This document shows, one piece after another, positions 28,052-33,842 of a stretch of 64,000 nucleotides of DNA. The first letter of the stretch is position 1; each line of letters begins with the position of its first letter. The DNA lies in assembly GCA_016218085.1 (NCBI GenBank), contig JACREY010000017.1, positions 86,187 through 150,186 on the forward strand, read 5' to 3'. The notes beneath the pieces were generated by a model, which did no database searches, was not told the DNA's origin, and saw nothing but the letters and a program-made list of their open reading frames with translations. The position numbers were made by a program, and so were the translations under genes. Source of the stretch: Ignavibacteriota bacterium (GTDB lineage: Bacteria > Bacteroidota > Ignavibacteria > Tepidaquicellales > Tepidaquicellaceae).

Positions 28052-28085
28052 CCGGAGAGTCAACTGATTTTCAGAGACTCCCCGG
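28052..28085. terminator. GC-rich hairpin between convergent genes, member of the GGAGWCTCC hairpin family
   Basis: CCGGAGAGTC-(14 nt)-GACTCCCCGG: a 10-bp stem with one A.C mismatch. It shares the 12-mer GAGACTCCCCGG with 28742-28753. Confidence 0.5.
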
Positions 28086-28098
28086 AAACAGATTTATT

Positions 28099-28608
28099 CT
28101 AAAACTTAATTTCTTTCTGAAAAGTATAATTCTTTCCTTCCATTTTCATTTGTATTAAGATTTTATTTTTCTTGTATAAACGATTTTCCTTTACAACTTC
28201 TCCTATATCAAACAAAATTGTTTCAATCTCCTTTTTCAGGTTAATATCTTTTTTCTTTTCGGTTATTTTCTTTTTTGGAGTTAATCTATTTTTTTTTCTT
28301 CTGCTATTTCTGGTAATCACATCACTAAAATCGGCATTTTTCATATCAAATATTTTTTTAAAAGGTATTTTCCTGTTAAAATCAAATAAGTCAGGAAGCG
28401 ATACTTTTACCCCGTGACGGGTCAAAAAATCCATGATAGACAGCAAGTGATTCAATTTCCACTCAAACTTTCCCCGTATCATATAGCTAAGGCTTGCGCT
28501 CGGGACACCTGAATCAACGGCTATTCTGGAAGATGCAATTCTCCAATTGTCGTATAATTCCCTGAGAAGTTTTCGTATTCTGCGGTTTAATTCGATGTTG
28601 TTTAGCAT
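28099..28608 (-). CDS. Putative XRE-like helix-turn-helix protein with a Lys-rich C-terminal half
   Basis: The segment IAVDSGVPSASLSYMIRGKFEWKLNHLLSIMDFL resembles an HTH_XRE core. The ATG at 28608 is preferred over the track start at 28668. Confidence 0.5.
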   Translation of the reverse strand: MLNNIELNRRIRKLLRELYDNWRIASSRIAVDSGVPSASLSYMIRGKFEWKLNHLLSIMDFLTRHGVKVSLPDLFDFNRKIPFKKIFDMKNADFSDVITRNSRRKKNRLTPKKKITEKKKDINLKKEIETILFDIGEVVKENRLYKKNKILIQMKMEGKNYTFQKEIKF

Positions 28609-28720
28609 ATATTTACTATTTAAGGTTAGATGATACAATAAAATAGCAATATTTTTATTTATAAACAAACAAAAACAGAAATAGTTTAAAACAGGAAATA
28701 CATCATTATTTCTGTCTCAC

Positions 28721-28751
28721 GGGAGTCCCCTAATCGAGCGGGAGACTCCCC
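28721..28751. repeat. GC-rich hairpin (same family as 25888-25914 and 28052-28085) in a divergent promoter region
   Basis: GGGAGTCCCC-taatcgagc-GGGAGACTCCCC: a 10-bp stem with one bulged A. Confidence 0.5.
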
Positions 28752-28756
28752 GGGAC

Positions 28757-28766
28757 GGGGGGGGGG
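28757..28766. repeat. G10 homopolymer tract in a divergent intergenic region
   Basis: Ten consecutive G residues, counted directly. It lies 188 nt upstream of the ATG at 28954 and 91-149 nt upstream of the HTH gene start. Confidence 0.9.
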
Positions 28767-28953
28767 TAATTCATCACTTTTACAGAAAAGCATTTATAGG
28801 CAGAAACATAAAAACGGCGAATTTATACGTTTTTAATAGCTTGATTTAATAAATATTTAAAAATATATTTAAGCACATTTATCATATCCCCTTCCTACAC
28901 ACTGACGTGATAAGCTAATTTTTTTTCAAAAATTAATTTTACGGAGGTTAGTT

Positions 28954-29637
28954 ATGAGGAACAAATTTTTTATTTTCTTTTTTCTTATTTTTTTATTCTC
29001 ATTTTTTTATTCACAGGTTTGCATTTCACAGGAGCACCCGCTTGTAAATAAGAAATTCGGTAACATCATTTTCATGAAAAATGCAACCACCGACATCCAG
29101 TCCGATTACAGCAATGATACCTGCTATTTCCTTGAAACGACAAAAAGCGTAATACCCGAAATCTGGGTAAGGGCATTTCTGAAAAACAATCTTCAGCATT
29201 TCATAGATGATATGAAAAAGAAGCACGAAAAAATCACTTATCTGAATTTACTTTTCGGATATACGGTTACCCCTTACTATTATCTCAACGGCAAGGAAAG
29301 GCAAGACTGCTCCGGTAGTCAGTTTGCACATAATGGAGAAGAAAAAATCAACATCGACAAGCTTACCGATTACAGCGTTAACACGGTGGCATTCAAGTTC
29401 AGTGATTTTGAGCATTTCATTAAAGCATTTGAATTCCGCTCGAAGAATCTGCAAAGCGGCCAGATACTTGTATTCAAAATAAGCTGTACGCTGAAATTCC
29501 AGTGCGTTTATGTCAATGTCCTCGAAAAGACAAAGACGGAGTTTTATAAAGATGATAAAGGATTCGATATCCTTGCAAGAATGTCAGATGACTTCAACGA
29601 AAGTAACTACCCGTTTTTCAAGGTTGTTGTGAAATAA
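28954..29637 (+). CDS. Hypothetical secreted protein
   Basis: Strong signal-like N-terminus (FFIFFFLIFLFSFFYSQ), an RBS-like GGAGG upstream, and a clean terminator downstream. No family recognised. Confidence 0.55.
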   Translation: MRNKFFIFFFLIFLFSFFYSQVCISQEHPLVNKKFGNIIFMKNATTDIQSDYSNDTCYFLETTKSVIPEIWVRAFLKNNLQHFIDDMKKKHEKITYLNLLFGYTVTPYYYLNGKERQDCSGSQFAHNGEEKINIDKLTDYSVNTVAFKFSDFEHFIKAFEFRSKNLQSGQILVFKISCTLKFQCVYVNVLEKTKTEFYKDDKGFDILARMSDDFNESNYPFFKVVVK

Positions 29638-29669
29638 AAGATTTTAATCGGATTTTTAATTTTATAAAC

Positions 29670-29699
29670 CGCTCTTATTTTTATAAGAGCGTTTTTTTT
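29670..29699 (+). terminator. Rho-independent terminator
   Basis: CGCTCTTAT-tttt-ATAAGAGCG followed by T8. Confidence 0.8.
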
Positions 29700-29752
29700 A
29701 TTTTGATTTTATTCTTATAATTAATTTCTTAATTAATACAATATTATCCTAT

Positions 29753-29796
29753 AAGTATATTGCAGATACCTTCTGTTATTGTTATTTTTGTAATGT
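29753..29796 (+). promoter_or_regulatory. 44-bp promoter-like module, copy A (upstream of the GNAT gene)
   Basis: AAGTATATTGCAGATACCTTCTGTTATTGTTATTTTTGTAATGT. It contains TAttTTTG (the Bacteroidetes-type -7 box TAnnTTTG) about 20 nt after ATTG. It matches 30581-30623 at about 39 of 44 positions. Confidence 0.45.
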
Positions 29797-29957
29797 GTGA
29801 AAGAGGTTAGCAAAATTGATTTGGGGGTTTTAAAATCGAATTTGCAAAGCAATTCCGGGATATTAAAAATAAGTAAAAGAATAGTTCTCATTTTATAAGA
29901 GCTATAAATAAGTTATGTTTTATTTTAGGAAATTAGCAGTATAAATAAATCAAGCAA

Positions 29958-30500
29958 ATGATATTAGAAACTGAAAGATTGATAATTAGACCAATTACAC
30001 CTGACGATAAAAACGAAGTATTTGAATATCGTTCAGACAGAGAGACAAATAAATACCAGGGATGGATTCCAGCAACTGTTAGTGATGTAGAAACTTTTAT
30101 AGGAAGGGTATCAAAACAAATTAATGAACCCGAAACCTGGTTTCAATTTGTCATCATAAAGAAAGAGACAAAAAAAATAGTTGGTGACTTAGGGATTCAC
30201 TTTTTCGGCAGTGAAAATAAGCAAGCTGAAATCGGATGTACACTAAACAAAGATTTTCAAAACAAAGGTTATGCAACAGAATCTGTTAAAAGAGTAATTG
30301 ACTATTTATTTAAAGATTTGAATAAGCACCGGATTATTACATCAATAGACCCTGAAAATATAAACTCTATCCGACTGGTTGAACGAATTGGATTTCGGAA
30401 AGAAGCTCACTTCGTCGAGAGTTTATTGATAAATAAAAAGTGGGTTGATGATTTAATGTATGCATTAATTGAGAAAGATTGGGAAGAACTAAATTTATAA
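29958..30500 (+). CDS. GNAT-family N-acetyltransferase (RimJ/RimL-like)
   Basis: MILETERLIIRPITPDD..., the acetyl-CoA motif Q.KGYATE, and ..N..S.RL.ER.GF. 180 aa. Confidence 0.85.
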   Translation: MILETERLIIRPITPDDKNEVFEYRSDRETNKYQGWIPATVSDVETFIGRVSKQINEPETWFQFVIIKKETKKIVGDLGIHFFGSENKQAEIGCTLNKDFQNKGYATESVKRVIDYLFKDLNKHRIITSIDPENINSIRLVERIGFRKEAHFVESLLINKKWVDDLMYALIEKDWEELNL

Positions 30501-30508
30501 TTCCCATT

Positions 30509-30545
30509 CCCAAAGTCCCTGCCTACCGTAGGTCGGCTCTTTGGG
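30509..30545. repeat. GC-rich imperfect palindrome downstream of the GNAT gene (REP-like, or a terminator lacking a T-run)
   Basis: CCCAAAG-(23 nt GC-rich)-CTTTGGG. Confidence 0.35.
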
Positions 30546-30580
30546 AGCGCAGGAAACAAAAGGAAGCATCATTTTCCGAC

Positions 30581-30623
30581 AAGTATATTGCGGATACGTT
30601 CTGTTATTGGTATATTTGAATGT
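30581..30623 (+). promoter_or_regulatory. 44-bp promoter-like module, copy B (upstream of the HNH gene)
   Basis: AAGTATATTGCGGATACGTTCTGTTATTGGTATATTTGAATGT, with a TAtaTTTG -7-type box 72 nt upstream of the ATG at 30695. Confidence 0.45.
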
Positions 30624-30694
30624 TGGTATTTTAAAAATTTTAGATTTAATTTTATTTTAGCCAAAAGACGAGTTTAGGATAACCAAAAATTTTC

Positions 30695-31618
30695 ATGAAA
30701 TACTATATTGGAAATACTGATTTTGATTGGTACAATTATCTCAAAAAGATAAGCCCGGAGGATATTAATTTTTGGCAACCAAGTGGATTAGTTCATTTCA
30801 GAGCCATTGATAAAGGTTCTCCATTTTTACTAAAGTTAAAAAGCCCGATAAACAAAATTGCGGGAATTGGATTTTTCACATCACATTCTTTACTTCCTAT
30901 TGAATTTGCATGGGAAGTTTTTCAGAATAGAAATGGAACGCAACAATTCGCGGACTTTTATTCTAAAATAAAATCATATCGAAATAGTGCCAATCCTATT
31001 GAAAAGAATCCGAATATTGGATGTATCATATTAACAGACCCAATTTTTTTTAATGAACAAGACTGGATTAAAATACCTGAAAATTGGTCGAGAAATATAG
31101 TTCAAGGAAAAACTTACGACACCGAAAACGAAAACGATAAAGTATATTGGCAGATAGTTGAGAAATTGCTTTTAAAATATCCTAGTCAATCTCTTGAAGT
31201 TACCAGAGATCAGATACCAATATATAACAAATACATGACAAATGTTAGAATTGGTCAGGGAGCTTTTAGAGTTTTAGTTACTGATGCGTATTCGAGGCGA
31301 TGTGCGATAAGCGGTGAAAAAACTCTTCCGGTATTAGAAGCAGCACACATTAAACCTTATTCGACTTCCGGGAATAATGCAACTTACAACGGAATGCTTT
31401 TAAGGTCGGATCTTCATAAACTTTTTGATTCAGGTTATATTACAGTCACAGATAAATACTTGATTGAGATTAGTAAGAAGATTAAAGAAGAATTTGAGAA
31501 TGGCAGAGATTATTATAAATATCATGGTCAGCAATTAGTTTCTTTACCTAGTAGCAAATATGATTTACCAGACCGAGAAAATCTGAGGTGGCATAATGAG
31601 AATTGCTTTAAAAAATAA
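30695..31618 (+). CDS. HNH nuclease (HNH_2-type) with a ~190-aa N-terminal putative DNA-recognition domain. Candidate stand-alone restriction enzyme.
   Basis: The C-terminal motif RRCAISGEKTLPVLEAAHIKPYS....NGMLLRSDLHKLFDSGYITV matches the HNH_2 pattern C.i.G...l.aaHI.P...NG..L..d.H..FD.G. Confidence 0.75.
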   Translation: MKYYIGNTDFDWYNYLKKISPEDINFWQPSGLVHFRAIDKGSPFLLKLKSPINKIAGIGFFTSHSLLPIEFAWEVFQNRNGTQQFADFYSKIKSYRNSANPIEKNPNIGCIILTDPIFFNEQDWIKIPENWSRNIVQGKTYDTENENDKVYWQIVEKLLLKYPSQSLEVTRDQIPIYNKYMTNVRIGQGAFRVLVTDAYSRRCAISGEKTLPVLEAAHIKPYSTSGNNATYNGMLLRSDLHKLFDSGYITVTDKYLIEISKKIKEEFENGRDYYKYHGQQLVSLPSSKYDLPDRENLRWHNENCFKK

Positions 31619-31650
31619 TTAGATTTGTGGAAACAAAACCCCAACCGCAT

Positions 31651-31681
31651 TGTCATCCCGGCGGATTTTAGGCCGGGATCC
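31651..31681. repeat. Left 31-bp terminal inverted repeat of the GIY-YIG unit
   Basis: Verified by base-by-base comparison with 32086-32116. Confidence 0.9.
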
Positions 31682-31706
31682 AAAAAAACAAATAAGAATA
31701 TTCATA

Positions 31707-32069
31707 ATGAACGAAAGAACTTATTATGTTTACATATTAGCAAGCAAGAGAAAAGGAACGCTTTATATTGGCATTACAAACAATATTCTTCGCAGAGTAC
31801 TTGAACACAAAGATAAAATTATAAAAGGGTTTACGTCAAAATACAATACAGATAAACTTGTGTATTTTGAAAAGTATGGGGATGCATATTATGCCATAAG
31901 AAGAGAAAAAATGCTCAAGGAATGGCACAGGAAATGGAAGATAAGATTGATTGAAGAAAATAATAAGGAATGGAAAGATTTATTTTATGATTTAATAAGC
32001 GACGAGGATATTGAATCATTACGCATAGCGATCAAAGAAAGAGAAGAAGAAAAGAGAAATTCTACATAG
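31707..32069 (+). CDS. Small stand-alone GIY-YIG nuclease-family protein
   Basis: YYVYILASKRKGTLYIGITNNILRRVLEHK (GIY..YIG..R..EH motifs). The ATG at 31707 is preferred, because the track's extension from 31650 (MSSRRILGRDPKK) is a translation of the inverted repeat. Confidence 0.85.
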   Translation: MNERTYYVYILASKRKGTLYIGITNNILRRVLEHKDKIIKGFTSKYNTDKLVYFEKYGDAYYAIRREKMLKEWHRKWKIRLIEENNKEWKDLFYDLISDEDIESLRIAIKEREEEKRNST

Positions 32070-32085
32070 AGCGCATTAAGATAGT

Positions 32086-32116
32086 GGATCCCGGCCTAAA
32101 ATCCGCCGGGATGACA
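32086..32116. repeat. Right 31-bp terminal inverted repeat of the GIY-YIG unit
   Basis: GGATCCCGGCCTAAAATCCGCCGGGATGACA is the reverse complement of 31651-31681. Confidence 0.9.
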
Positions 32117-32138
32117 GGGGTGCGGAAAGCAAGAAATA

Positions 32139-32217
32139 GATCCCGGCCTTGATCCCGTTTTAAAATCCGCCACGGCGGATTTCACACAAATCGTTTAACA
32201 TAACGGGATGCCGGGAT
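32139..32217. repeat. ~80-bp nested palindromic, gene-less element related to the GIY-YIG repeat ends (MITE-like)
   Basis: Outer arms GATCCCGGC / GCCGGGAT, inner arms ATCCCGTT / AACGGGAT, and a central hairpin AAATCCGCC-ac-GGCGGATTT. It shares the GATCCCGGCC and AAAATCCGCC strings with the 31-bp repeat. Confidence 0.45.
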
Positions 32218-32373
32218 AACATATTCGTATGCAAAGCACTTAACAATATCGTTTATATTCTCCATTCTGCTTCTAACTCCTATCTTCTATATTCTTAATT
32301 CAGAATTCAGCATTCATAATTCAGAATTCATAATCCCCTTTTATACTCCGTTCATTGTTATTAAATTGCATTT

Positions 32374-33783
32374 ATGAAAAAAGGTGAAGAGATAGTAATA
32401 GACGTTACGGCTTTGAGTTCGGAGGGCAAGGGAATTTCGAAGACGGAAGAGGGTTTCGTGATTTTCTCGGAGAGCACGCTGCCCGGGGACACTGCGCGGC
32501 TGAGGATTATGAAGCGCAAGAAAAACTATGCAGAGGCGGTTCCGCTGGAGATTATAAAGGAATCGGAGTTTCGCCTGAAACCCGAATGCGCCGCATTCGG
32601 CACCTGCGGCGGATGCAAGGTGCAGAATTACGATTACGATAAGCAGATTGAATTCAAGACGCAGTCAGTTGCGGATGCATTCAAGCGGATAGGCGGATTC
32701 GAAGACCTGACAATTCCGCAGACACTGAAAAGCGGAGAGGTTTTTTTCTACCGCAACAAGATGGAGTATTCCTTTTCAAATGATATATGGCGCGAAAAAG
32801 CCGATATGGAAAGCACGGAGAAATTCGGGCTTGGCTTGCACGTGCCTAAATTCCATTCGAAGATAATTAATATAGACGCGTGCCACCTGCAGTCGGAGCT
32901 GTCGAATGCAATACTTGTTTTCACGAGAGATTTTTTCAGGAAGAAAGACATCAGCATATACTCCACAAAGACTCACGAAGGATATTTAAGATTCCTGATT
33001 ATAAGGCAGAGCAAAAATACAAATGATGTGATGGTGAACCTGGTGACATACGACTACAACGAGGATTTGATAAACGAATATTCGGGTGAAATAAAAGCGC
33101 GCTTCCCTGCGGTAACGACACTGGTAAATTCATATTCCAGGAAGAAAGCGCAGATTGCCTTCGGCGAAAGCTCGGACACGCTTTTCGGCGAGGGATTTAT
33201 TTATGAAGTGCTGAGGAATAAGGAGAAGGAATTTAAATTCAAGATTTCGCCCAATTCATTTTTCCAGACGAACACTTTGCAGGCGGAAAAACTTTTTTCG
33301 ATTGCGGCGGATTTTCTTGATTTAAAAAAGGATGACAATGTGCTGGATTTATACTGCGGGGCGGGCTCGATTTCGATTTTTATTTCGGCACAGGTGAATA
33401 AAGTAACCGGTGCGGAGCTGGTGGCAGATGCGATTGAGAATGCAAAGGAAAATGCAGAGCTGAATAATACCGCTAATACGGAGTTCATACTTTCGGATAT
33501 TAAGGATTTTACTGAAACAATAAACTCAAGCGATGAGTATATACACTATAACAAGGTGATACTCGACCCTCCGAGGTCGGGACTGCACCCCGATATCTGT
33601 AAAATATTAGCTGAATCTAATTTTGAAAAAATTTGTTATATTAGTTGTAATCCCGTAACTCAGGCAAGGGATTTAAAGATGATATGCGAAGGCGGAAAGT
33701 ACAGGATAGAGAAAATTCAGCCTGTTGATATGTTCCCGCACACATATCACATTGAAAATGTAGTCAGTCTTATAAAAGTATAA
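32374..33783 (+). CDS. rlmD: 23S rRNA (uracil-5-)-methyltransferase RlmD/RumA family (TRAM + FeS + SAM MTase)
   Basis: N-terminal TRAM-like domain, the Cys cluster C-x6-C-x2-C (CAAFGTCGGCKVQ), the SAM motif VLDLYCGAGS, and a C-terminal ..ISCNP.T..RD. Confidence 0.85.
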   Translation: MKKGEEIVIDVTALSSEGKGISKTEEGFVIFSESTLPGDTARLRIMKRKKNYAEAVPLEIIKESEFRLKPECAAFGTCGGCKVQNYDYDKQIEFKTQSVADAFKRIGGFEDLTIPQTLKSGEVFFYRNKMEYSFSNDIWREKADMESTEKFGLGLHVPKFHSKIINIDACHLQSELSNAILVFTRDFFRKKDISIYSTKTHEGYLRFLIIRQSKNTNDVMVNLVTYDYNEDLINEYSGEIKARFPAVTTLVNSYSRKKAQIAFGESSDTLFGEGFIYEVLRNKEKEFKFKISPNSFFQTNTLQAEKLFSIAADFLDLKKDDNVLDLYCGAGSISIFISAQVNKVTGAELVADAIENAKENAELNNTANTEFILSDIKDFTETINSSDEYIHYNKVILDPPRSGLHPDICKILAESNFEKICYISCNPVTQARDLKMICEGGKYRIEKIQPVDMFPHTYHIENVVSLIKV

Positions 33784-33842
33784 ACTAAACACATAGCTTA
33801 GAGAAGCATATCTACGATTTATTAATTTAAATTTTGAAAATT

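Larger units (their letters stand above)
31651..32116 (+). mobile_element. 466-bp unit of a GIY-YIG nuclease gene bounded by perfect 31-bp inverted repeats that are themselves hairpins
   Basis: The left end at 31651-31681 (TGTCATCCCGGCGGATTTTAGGCCGGGATCC) is the exact reverse complement of 32086-32116. Each end contains CCCGGC/GCCGGG stems. Confidence 0.5.

Noticed and set aside
31650-31706. N-terminal extension of the GIY-YIG ORF (MSSRRILGRDPKKQIRIFI) as given in the ORF track
   Set aside because: It uses a non-ATG start and is a translation of the 31-bp inverted repeat. The ATG at 31707 gives a protein that begins right at the conserved GIY-YIG core.
28024-32330. The 11-mer AATTCAGAATT occurs at 28026-28036 and twice at 32297-32328, which would nicely flank the accessory islet as direct repeats (att-like)
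   Set aside because: An 11-nt AT-rich match is expected many times by chance in 64 kb. No integrase is present and the similarity does not extend beyond the 11-mer. Only the local 14-mer duplication is kept as a low-interest observation.
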